Source of the DNA: Psammoneis japonica | Lineage: Eukaryota | Length of the DNA stretch: 64,000 nt | Assembly: GCA_008632985.1 (NCBI GenBank) | Contig: QPGO01000176.1 | Coordinates: 79,778-143,777, forward strand | Reading direction: 5' to 3' | Part shown: piece by piece, positions 24,501 to 33,800 of the stretch | Numbering within the stretch: the stretch's first letter is position 1 | Layout: every line of letters begins with the position of its first letter | Notes under the pieces: model-generated | What the model saw: only the letters and a program-made list of their open reading frames with translations | What the model was told of the DNA's origin: nothing | The model's database searches: none | Made by a program: the position numbers and the translations under genes

Positions 24501-27339
24501 GTTTCGTCATGGCACCGTACAGGCAGCCGGCACATTTTGGGTTGTGCACCTTTGTAAGGCGTTTCGGTAGAATGCCTGGGGCGGCCAATAGCTTTATCAT
24601 TTTGAATGACATGTGGCCCAGGCGGTAATGCCAACGCAATAGTTCACCCTGGTCATCTGTGGCAGCAAGGGCGTCATCATTTGGTATGATGTTGATGGGT
24701 TCCGGCAAGTCCTGCTGTACCTCCGGTGTCGTGAAATCCCTTGGGTTTTCCTCGTCTGAGTCTGAACGACTTGCTCCGTCTGTTGGCTCAAATAAGACAG
24801 GAGCATCCTCATCAGCAGTGTTGCGTGCGTCTTGCGTCTCGGAAGGACGTGTCTCGGATGGACTTCTGAAGACGTCTGCATCAATTGCAGCCTCGTCATC
24901 ATTCGCAGTGCTCTTGTCGTCTGGTGGTATGATGTGAGCTTGACAGGCCACGTGCTCGATAGTTTCGACATCGGTTTGTTCTTCGACAGCGGCTGCAAAG
25001 GTCCGGTGTTTGTTGTAACCGGGTGCGGAGCGCATCTTGGCGACATTAGAGTTGGCGGACCATGGAATCAGGCGATGGCACTTGCGCTGGTCCCACATCA
25101 GCAACAGTCCGTCGTCCCTGGTCCAAGATACGGTTCCGTGAGGCTCTGGCGTGTGGTCATCAGCTTGTTGGCTCCATTGCTGCGGGCAGAGAAGACAATG
25201 AGGTGAGTCCGGCACGAGTGGCGCGTCTCGAATTTTGATGCTGTGCACTCGTCCCATGTCGTCCTCAATTGCCCACTGCACTGTTCCTTCTCCCTTAGCA
25301 CGCAAGTGGCCCTTGACACCGAGTGCCACTTTGTTGGATTTGCGAAGAGGACCAATGAAGTGTGCCTCGTTGTTGGACATGGCGCAGGAAGAATGTGAGT
25401 CGACACCGATTGCGAATGAGTCCGAATCGCAAGTGGGCTCCGTTCGCTCGGGACGGTGTGGTGTGGTTGAGTTGCACGCTCTAACCGTCTTGTGTCGCGC
25501 AATGACACAGTGAGCCTTCTTGGTGGCCACTCTGGAGCGGTGACCTGGCCTCGTCGAGGTGTGATGCCGTGCACAGCACCTCGTCGTTGGCCGTCGCTGG
25601 TGAGTCTTAACTCGTCTTGTGCCTGGTTCAGCCAGGACATGTGAGATGACCCACTCACCCAGCGTCATTGCGGCATGTGACAGGCACTTGCACTTTTCTG
25701 AAGGAAGGGATGGCATCATGAATGGCAGCATGATCCAGATCGATGCTGCACATTTCATGACGCCAGCGACCGCTGTCAGAAGCACTGACACAGTGACGGC
25801 CATCTGCAAGGACAGCAGCAGTGTCAGAGTGAACCTGCAGAGCAGTCGCTCTTGATCCACTTCGTTTGGGATGGTGGAGATGGCACTTGCGAAGGAGACT
25901 TTCTTGTCCGACGTGTCTGTGGATGGAGCAGACTGTTGCTTGCGGAGTCCACAGCCTTGGTTGCCCGGATCATCAGGTGAGTGTATGACCCAAGCAGTGT
26001 GATGTGGGCACCAGTGATGGTCGCGATTGTTGACGCGCTTGTGACAGTGCTGATGACCGTTCACTGTCTTCTCAGGAGCGTCCTCCTCAGGCGGGACTTT
26101 CTTCCAGGCTTCGTCCGCTTTCTGTCTCTGACGTGGAGTGGTCTTGGTCTTCCTTGACCGTGTGCTTCTTTCCTTGGTTGAACCAGCCTTGGCCTTCAAA
26201 GCTTTGGACAGCTGAAGGTTCTGATCCTTGATGGAGTCTACCTTGGCTGCAAGCGCGACGATTTGCTCTTCAGCCGGTGATGGTGCTCCCCACTTCTTCT
26301 CGCGCTTGAGGTTGGCACATTTGTTCAGTGCCGACGTCATGATTTGCGTCGGCGTGAATTCCTCACCGTCGTCGCACCTGTCCTTGTGTGACATGATGCA
26401 CTTGACGAATGCTTCGTCAGCAGCTGCGGCGTGTCCTTTGAACAGGTTCATGATGAGGTCGTCGCACTGCTCTCCTCTGGCTTGGAGTCCGTCAACGTTG
26501 AGCTTGGCGTGCTTGTTGAGCTCTTCGATGTCCGAGTTGACAGCCGCCATGTGCGCATCCAGGCTTGACAAGTTCTCGCGGAAGCAGTTGGTGGCAGAGC
26601 GTGTGTCAACGATGGCCTTTTGCGCAAGCAGCTTGAAGAACAGTGCGCTGATTTGATTTCCATTGATCGCACGGGAATCTGTCTCAGCCAACATCTTGTC
26701 TCTTGCTTCCTCCGCAAGGGATTGAGAGATCGCCTCGGCCATCTGCACATTGTTCTGTGCTTGTCGCGCAGGCAGATTCGCGAAGGTGTTGGCGTGGGTT
26801 CTGACATCCTGTGGAGTGAGCAGTCCGCACTCGGAGATGAGATCTCGTGGAGTTCCATTCGCATCGGGAATGGCAAGTGTGTCTCCTGCCCCTGTTTTCC
26901 ATCCTGCCTCGGCAGCTCGTTGACTGAGTGTCTCACAAAACCATTTGAGACCTTCTGAGTCGCCGTTGAACTCGCGCGGCAGCGGTGCAGCAGCGGCGTT
27001 CCAAAGCTTGAGGCCTTGCGATGTGCCGCAGTCGATGAAGTTGTTGGGACGGTGTTGACCTGGAGTCAACGCGAAGATCGGCAGTGGTGGCACAGGTGCC
27101 AATGGTGGTCCACCTGGCGGGACTCCACCTGGCGGGACTCCACCTCCGCCTCCTCCTCCACCTCCTCCGCCACCTCCTCCTGGAGGCACACCGGGAGGAA
27201 CGACTGGGGGAGGTGCAGGAGCAACTGGAGCGGCTGCAGGAGCAGGTGCTGTTGCCGGAGCAGCAGCAGTGGCAGGAGCTGCAGCGGGAGCTGCAACAGA
27301 GGCAGCCAGAGCAGCCGCGGTTCGTGTCTGCGCGACCAT
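21580..27339 (-). CDS. Copia gag-pol polyprotein, open but mutated
   Basis: 1919-aa ORF: gag, protease (GVDSHSS), GAG-pre-integrase WHYRLGH..C..C, integrase (SVDQL, HADNG, QNGIAEKRIR), RT (LYGQKQAG, YVDD), RNase H (ADADF, STTEAE, EDNSGA, ADIFTKPL); integrase precedes RT. Confidence 0.93.
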   Translation of the reverse strand: MVAQTRTAAALAASVAAPAAAPATAAAPATAPAPAAAPVAPAPPPVVPPGVPPGGGGGGGGGGGGGGVPPGGVPPGGPPLAPVPPLPIFALTPGQHRPNNFIDCGTSQGLKLWNAAAAPLPREFNGDSEGLKWFCETLSQRAAEAGWKTGAGDTLAIPDANGTPRDLISECGLLTPQDVRTHANTFANLPARQAQNNVQMAEAISQSLAEEARDKMLAETDSRAINGNQISALFFKLLAQKAIVDTRSATNCFRENLSSLDAHMAAVNSDIEELNKHAKLNVDGLQARGEQCDDLIMNLFKGHAAAADEAFVKCIMSHKDRCDDGEEFTPTQIMTSALNKCANLKREKKWGAPSPAEEQIVALAAKVDSIKDQNLQLSKALKAKAGSTKERSTRSRKTKTTPRQRQKADEAWKKVPPEEDAPEKTVNGHQHCHKRVNNRDHHWCPHHTAWVIHSPDDPGNQGCGLRKQQSAPSTDTSDKKVSFASAISTIPNEVDQERLLCRFTLTLLLSLQMAVTVSVLLTAVAGVMKCAASIWIMLPFMMPSLPSEKCKCLSHAAMTLGEWVISHVLAEPGTRRVKTHQRRPTTRCCARHHTSTRPGHRSRVATKKAHCVIARHKTVRACNSTTPHRPERTEPTCDSDSFAIGVDSHSSCAMSNNEAHFIGPLRKSNKVALGVKGHLRAKGEGTVQWAIEDDMGRVHSIKIRDAPLVPDSPHCLLCPQQWSQQADDHTPEPHGTVSWTRDDGLLLMWDQRKCHRLIPWSANSNVAKMRSAPGYNKHRTFAAAVEEQTDVETIEHVACQAHIIPPDDKSTANDDEAAIDADVFRSPSETRPSETQDARNTADEDAPVLFEPTDGASRSDSDEENPRDFTTPEVQQDLPEPINIIPNDDALAATDDQGELLRWHYRLGHMSFKMIKLLAAPGILPKRLTKVHNPKCAGCLYGAMTKRPWRSKSKRNRRIHLATSPGEAASVDQLESPTPGLIPQLKGRPTKQRHRAATIFVDHFSGLGYIYLQKGLTSAETLEAKHAFEAFARRMHVRIQHCHADNGRFADNAFIQDVKKQQQTISYCGVNAHFQNGIAEKRIRDLQEQSRKQLLHAKVRWPTAIELNLWPSALRNSNEIKNHLPNHEDGSSPLERFSSVKVQPNLKQHHTFGCPVYALHNRLQGGGRLPKWDPRARLGINLGPSTRHAGSVTLVLNLQTGLVSPQFHVQFDDFFETVRPFAGNPPTFSQWQGITGFRQLKTRSAFNIFGKSSDVPVEGSVPATTEPPEPNSDVPSQLLHPTDTSTTDDSFDNAQPDDEMLYTPPDDSDAPSDPQRTMGQPSASRSGRQRRPTERMRESQLQRAQGIVSYNAEAEAYYDAMHEDDYKLQDDMDSPVSFLASSDPDTMYFDQAMREPDRDEFIKACVKEVNDHIERKHWILIPREDVPDDVDVLPSAWSMKRKRDVKTQAVYKWKSRLNVHGGKQEHAVNHFQTYSAVVFWFTVRLLLIIAILKKWHTRQVDFVLAHPHADIEHDMHMELPAGIETKCGNGKTHVLKLLKNLYGQKQAGRVWQEHLRDGLLRIGFVQSAVDECLHFRGNVIFIHYVDDGIFASPDKSAVDKAIQDVRDENFDIDDQGTLDDYLGVNVETLPDGRMKLTQPHLINQMLEMANIPKRLPDKPTPAPSSKILHRHMSEPAFQGSFHYRSIIGKLNFLEKSTRPDVAYAVHQVARFSSDPKVSHGEAVLWLCKYLRSTRTEGIILQPSTDKSLEVHADADFVGNWNKLTAPDDVGTSKSRTGFVITYAGCPIVWTSKLQTQIALSTTEAEFIALSESLRSAIPIMNLIQEFMDHGHNVPSKTPVVHCYCKAFEDNSGALEIARLPKMRPRTKHFNLTLHHFKDHVRKGLISILPIDTADQIADIFTKPLPQNLFVKHRKSLLKW

Positions 27340-27400
27340 GGTGACAGCAGAGTAAAGCAGAATCGAGAGCTTAAGATCGATTGACTTAACTTGTAGATTT

Positions 27401-27413
27401 CGCAGAGGAAGCG
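27401..27413 (-). promoter_or_regulatory. Putative primer-binding site complementary to the D-arm of initiator tRNA-Met
   Basis: Plus strand CGCAGAGGAAGCG(TG) abuts the 5' LTR and resembles eukaryotic tRNAiMet ...GCGCAGCGGAAGCGTG... Confidence 0.55.
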
Positions 27414-27760
27414 TGTGGGAAAGTAGCCAGAATTCTAAGATTCGTCTGCACTTTCAGCGATTGAAAGCTGCAATTGCGATGCAACAATCAATCAGTGACT
27501 TCACTGTGCCAAAAGTTGAGAGGTGACAATCAGCACGTTAGAAAGATTGTGAGCAGTTTTTATGAGCAGATGCAGCTGCCATCTAAAGGAAACGCGAAGC
27601 CAAACAAGCGCGAAGCCAGGAACAAACATCGCATTCGTGACTCGGCTTCCGCGGGATTCGAGACTGAGCATTGCACACGGGGTTCGAATCTTGGATCTCT
27701 GATTTGAATCGTGGAGGTCCGATGTTGTTGTAAAAACATGCAAATGTGAATGTTGTCACA
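27414..27760 (-). repeat. 5' LTR of the young copia element (hypermutated copy)
   Basis: Colinear with 21190-21536; 13 TpA sites converted to TG/CA. Confidence 0.97.
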
Positions 27761-27858
27761 CATCGCACTTCTGGTCTTTCCGCTTCTGTTGCATGGAGGT
27801 TCAAAGCGTGTTTCAAAAAACTTGAAACACCATTGTCAAAAGCCGCCATTGATTCGGT

Positions 27859-30800
27859 TGAACTGTTTGCCATGTGGTGATGTTTTGTGTCATGAATTTG
27901 TGTGTAGAACACAATGTAATTTAGCGACAATGAGGATTCGACGTGAGTGCTGAGTCGAGCTCACTTCTTGAAAATAGTAGCACGATGTTACACCTTTTCT
28001 TTTAGTCTATTCCCTAGGTTCCTAGTGCACGTCTTCACAGGGTAATTTATTCACTTTATCACAGCCATATGCCGCATGTAGTGACAATATCATAGTATTG
28101 ATGATTTCGCTTGCGATTGTTTCGCAACAACAGCTTTCGTTCCGCAAGGTCAGGGATGACGAATGAACATCTACGAGCACAAGACGGTGCTCGTGCTTGA
28201 CGAGTTGGTTACTCCCGGGTGTGGTTCAACTATGGTGCGCATTGACAACTACAGTGTCGACCATTCTGATGTGTCTCACAGCGAACACACACGGACACAG
28301 AGCGCAACCCATGGATCTGGGGACGCCATTTCCATTCCGAAGTCATCTCGCGGAGGCAACGCGCGCGTGAGCAATTTGAAATCGCTGGGTGATGCGGCAC
28401 AACGTCAGTCAGTCGCTGAAATTGCATGTCATGTGCAGACACAAAACATCACAACGCTGCACAATTCATGATGTTGTGCTTTGCACTGGCCACTGGCATC
28501 GATCAAGTGGATCGTAGGAACGTTCTTAGTTCGCTGCACAAGTCACGGCAGTCTCATTGTGCCGGCAGACCCATTGGCAATGCAAAACTGGCTGAACAAA
28601 CGACAATGAAAAAGCGCGCATCGTGCTCACTTTTCACACAATTGTGAGTTTTTTGACCACACGCACCACCGACACCTGCCAAAACAGCACCATGGCGGCC
28701 ATTGCAGCTGTGCGAGCCGCGCGCCGTTGCCCAGGCTTCATGGACGCTGGTTCCGTGGCCCTGGCCAATGAGCAGGGAATCCACTCGGTCGACGAACTGC
28801 TTCACTTGGACGACCATGAGGACGTGACCTCACGCAAGGCCGCTCGCCGCCTTGGAGGAGCTGCTCCTCCAGCAGACCCAGCAGCTCCACCCCAACCCAA
28901 CTTGGGTGCTGCTGTCTCTCTCCATGCAGAGATGAGTCTAAAGCTTGCTGCTTGTGCCACTCGCCACTGCTCCCGCATCTCCCATGCTCCACCTGTGAGG
29001 TCCTGGACACCCTGCCCAACATCTTTGAGAAGGACTGGACGAAGATGATGGAGTCTGTTTCAGAGCACCTTCACACCTGCCGCAGTGAAACCAAGATGCC
29101 GCTTGCCTGTGTTGTTTGCAATGAACCTGCTGCACCTGCTGAGGCCGATGACGACCAGGACAACTGCTGCGGGGATGCTGTTGCCAAGATGATTGCTTGT
29201 GAATCCCATGCCATGACTGGGGCAGATCCCCAGCCCACTGAAACCTTTGTGGTGTGCAACCACAAGGTTTGGGAGATCACAGAGCAGGTGTTGCCAGGGA
29301 GCACTTGTGCTGGGCTTGTGTCAAGTCAGCACAATGTGCACAGGATGGCAGGACAGCCTGTCAAAACCTGCACGATCACTTCCTTGGCCCCAACAACATG
29401 GACAACATGGCTGGTGCAGCCAAGAAGTGCCTTGCAGGCCTCTCACACCATGGGGAGAAGTGCAGCTGGAACTTTGAGCATTGCACACGTGTTCATGTGG
29501 AGCAGCACACCATCCTTGATGGACTCAGGGGGAGCATGGCTGCACCAGCATTGACAAACAATCCAGAGTTTGCCATCTGTTGGAGAGAGCGTCAAAGATC
29601 CGAGAAGCTTGACTCAGTTAAGATGCAGATTGTGGCCAGTCCCAACCTGCACAGCAACTTTGACACATGTGTGGTCCTGTGCAAGGACTTCCTCAAACAG
29701 CCCAAGCCCAAGGACTCCAACTCTTCCTTGTGTGTTGCAGCTCTGAAGGCTCAGAAGCGCAAGCAGTGCAAGAAGGATGTCATCCATGCACAGGATGCAG
29801 AGGACAAATGCTGTCCCAATGAAGAGCATGGCTGGTTCTCGCCCAAGGCATGAAAGCGGCTTAAGACTCTGCACAAGAATGACCACGATGGTTCCAAGAT
29901 GGATGCCATGAAGCAAGTCAAGGCTCTTGCCAAGAACCTCCCTGCTCAAAGACACCATGACCAAGAACGGGCATGATGAGAATGGTGGTCTTGAGCCTGG
30001 ATGGAAGAAGCAGGAGATTGACAGCCTGCAACGGTCATGCATCTCAGCCCATTGCAGACCTTGCACCTGACTCAGACCACCATGACGGCAGCCACACGCA
30101 AGGAATCTCAGTCTGAGATTGATGGTCATGCAGACACAAGTGCATCAGGCAGGTGTGCTTTAATTTTACTTGACTGTGACCACCCAGTTGACATCACAGG
30201 ATGCAACCCCAACCCAGGCTCTGGCAAAAGCTTGCGCACCGTCAGTGGCGCCCTGATGTGCACGGATCCTGCCATGGGCCAACAACACATCTTGGCAGTG
30301 CACCAAGCCATCCATGTCCCGCATCTACAGCACAACTTGTTGGGCCCCATTCAATTGTGGCTGAATGATGCAGGCCCAAACTTGAAACCCAAGTTCCCAC
30401 TGTCAAAGCCCAACAATCAATCACATGCAATGATGTTGGAAGACATGGATGACTCAGATGAGTCAATCACACCACTGGAACTCCATGAAGTTGTGAGCTG
30501 CTTTGCCACCTCCAAACTGACTGTTTCAGAGTGCAAGGCTGCTGTGCAAGATGGCACAGTCCAGGAACTCACCTGTGAAACCCCCGCATGGGACCTGCAG
30601 GAGTCGGACTTCCCGGCCAGGGAGGGTGCCATGACAGATCCCCTTGGCTGCGTTCCTGAGATCGGGGACAATGCATGTGCTCAAATGTGGATTGTGAGCA
30701 CAAAGCTCTTGCGAAACGCAGCACAAGAGACCTCCAACGCTCTTGGGAACAAGCCACTGTGAAAAATCTTGAACGCGTGTGATGACTGTGTGCTGCTTCT

Positions 30801-33800
30801 TGCATCCATTGGCCTCTCTTTGCTCAAGACAATGAAACAGGGCTTGAAGGCAAAAGCGGAACAGTTGGCCAAGAATTGGTCCATCAGCCTCAAAGATGCA
30901 GAAAATGCAGCCAAGGTCACTGCTCAATGTGGAGCCCAAACTGTGTTGCACCCGGCGCTGTCACATCAATTCCACACCAATGACCAACAATTGCACCACA
31001 GACGCATTGCAAAAGAGATGCACTCTGACACCCTCTTCTGTCTGTCAAGTCAAGATGTGGCAATGTCTGTGTGCAGGTTTTTGGTGTGGCCAGTGGCTGG
31101 GCACGCGTCTGTCCATTGAGGTCCAAAGGGCTTGTCCACGAGGCACTGTCCCCACTCTTTGCCCAGGATGGGGTGCCACATGCCATGACAGCAGATGGTG
31201 CAAAAGAAGAGATGCTTGGTCAGTTCAAGTCAAAAGCCAGGGAGGCTGATTGCTGCATTTGACAGACCGAGCCTCACATTCCTTGGTCCAACTTTGCTGA
31301 AGGCACTGTTCGCAAGCTCAAGCGAGGTGTCGGGGATGGATGGTCAAGACTCAGGCACCCAAACATCTTTGGGATGATTGCCTTGAACTTGAAGCCTTGA
31401 TCCACTCCAACACTGTGCATGACATTTGCGAGCTTGATGGCAAAGTGCCGGAGACAGCAGTGTCAGGACAGACAGCCAACATTTTGCACACATGCAAGAT
31501 CGGATGGCATGACTGGGTCATGCACAGGCACCCAGGCCCCAGTGGGGATGCAGGACCAGCAATGACCGCCAAGATGCTCAAAGAGAATGGGCAAGTTGTC
31601 CACAGATCCTCCTGCCAGGCTCTCACCCCAGAGGAACGGCATCACAAGACACACCTGGCGTTGAGGGAAAAATTCCATGCAATGGTGGAGGCCAAGCTTG
31701 GTCCCGGGATGGCCATCAGCAACATTGATGACCCCGATGCGATCACTCCCACCTTTGATCTGCACAAGGACGACTCAGGACAAGACCCATCTGGTGCCCT
31801 GGAGGCCGACACTCCACCTGACACAGCTCACAATGTCTGCATGAACGCCAAAGTTTTGCTGCCACATGGGGACATGCACCAAACCGGCAAGATCAAATGG
31901 CGGAAGCTGAACCCGGACGGAACACCGGCAGGACAAGCCAGCGCCAATCCCACCCCAGACACGCTCGTCCATGAGGTGGAATTCCCTGATGGTCAAGAGG
32001 CCGAACCAGTGGCTGATGTCATTGCCAAGAACATGTTCGCCCAATGTGACAATTGGGGCAACCAGCATCCATTGCTGGATGCTGTCGTGGACCACAAGAC
32101 CAATGAGCATGTCATTCAGATGCAGGACATGGTCTCCCAAGACAGTGGGGGGCACTGATTCACTCGGAAAATGACCAAAGGATGGCACCTTTGTGTTCGT
32201 TGGAGAGACGGCACCACCTCTTGGGAGCGACTTGCAGATTTGAAAGATTCAAACCCTGTGGAGCTGGCTGAGTGCACCAGAGTGTGTTCTGTTGAAGACA
32301 AACCAGCCTTTGCTTGGTGGGCTCCACACACCTTCAAGAAGTGAGCAGATTGTGGCCGCCATCAACAAGCACTGCCACAAGCAGACTCACAAGTGTGGGA
32401 TGCATGTTCCCAAGACTTGTGAAGAAGCCGTCGAGATTGATGAGGCAAATGGGGACCACCAACAATGGCAGAATGCCATTGACAAGGAAATGGGTGTGGT
32501 CAAGAAAGCCTTTGTTTTCATTGATGATGATGAGAAGCTGGCAGGGTGCCAGCACATCAGATGCCACTTGGTCTTTGATGTCAAACTGCAGGACTTCAAG
32601 TGCAAGGCCAGCTGTGCAGCAGGGGGACACACCACTGAACCTCTGGCTGCACTGACATGTGCCAGTGTTGTTTCTTGTCAGAGCGCAAGGACAGAGTTCA
32701 CTCTTGCCACCCTCAATGACCTGGAGGTTAAGGCCACAGATGTCGAGAATGCCTGCATCACCACTCCCAACAGCAAGAAGACAACTGCAACTCCAGGGCC
32801 AGAGTTCAGACCTGATGCAGGCAAAAGAGCAATTGTCCAGCATGTCCTTTGTGGATTGAAGAGCGCTGGTGCTTCTTTCAGAAATCATTTGGCCTCATGC
32901 ATGAGACATCTGGGATGGTTGCCATGCCTGGCAGATCCAGACATCTGGATGAAGGAAGAGGTCCAACCCGACGATGGGTTCCGGTGCCATGCCTGCGCAC
33001 TGTTGTGTGTCGATGATGCTTTGATGGTGCACCATGATGCCACATGTGCTCTCAAGGAGATCAACCGATGCTTCAAGATGAAGCCCGGTTCAACAGGTGA
33101 TCTTGAGATGCATCTTGGAGCCAAGATTTGCAAGACAGAGCTGCCAAATGGTGTCCATGCTTGGGGCATGAGTTCCAGCAAGTGCGCCCAACAGGCCATC
33201 AAGAATTCAGAGGTGCGTCTTCATGCAAAGTGCCCGGGGATGATGTTGCCATGCCAGGCAATTGCTCCCTTCCCACGTGACTGCCCGAGGTTGATGCCAC
33301 TCCTGAGCTTGACACTGATGAAGCTCAGTTTTGCCAGTTGCAGGCAGCTGTTCTGCAATGGACAGTCAAACTTGGACGTGTGGATCTCATTGCTGAGGTT
33401 TCTGAGCTTGCCTCCTCCCTTGCAGAAAAGACACAATGCCAGGCTGGTGTTTGATCTGACACATCCGGAGATTGACATGCCTGACTTCAAGGAATGTGAC
33501 TGGAAGTCAATTTGTGGGGATGTCAAGGAGGCGATTCCCAGCAATGTGCCAATCCCTCTAGACAAGGAGGTTGATCTGCACCTGTTTGTAGACTCTGATC
33601 ATGCCAATGACAAGTTGACAAGGCATTCACACACAAGCTGTTTCATTTGCTTGAACATGGCTCTGGTTGCATGGTTTTCCAAGCGCCAGAGCACCGTTGA
33701 GACTTTGGTCTTTGCTGCCAAGTTTGTTGCCATGAAGCAGGGCATGGAAGCCTTGCGTGGTCTGAGACACAAGCTGCGAATGATGGGCACACCATTGTCT

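Larger units (their letters stand above)
21190..27760 (-). mobile_element. Full-length Ty1/copia (CoDi-like) LTR retrotransposon, young insertion
   Basis: Two 347-bp TG...CA LTRs, 5-bp TSD CATCG (21185-21189 and 27761-27765), PPT, and a gag-PR-INT-RT-RH ORF. Confidence 0.97.

Noticed and set aside
21190..27760. RNA-level A-to-I editing before reverse transcription
   Set aside because: Would give A>G on one strand and identical LTRs; here both A>G and T>C occur and the LTRs differ
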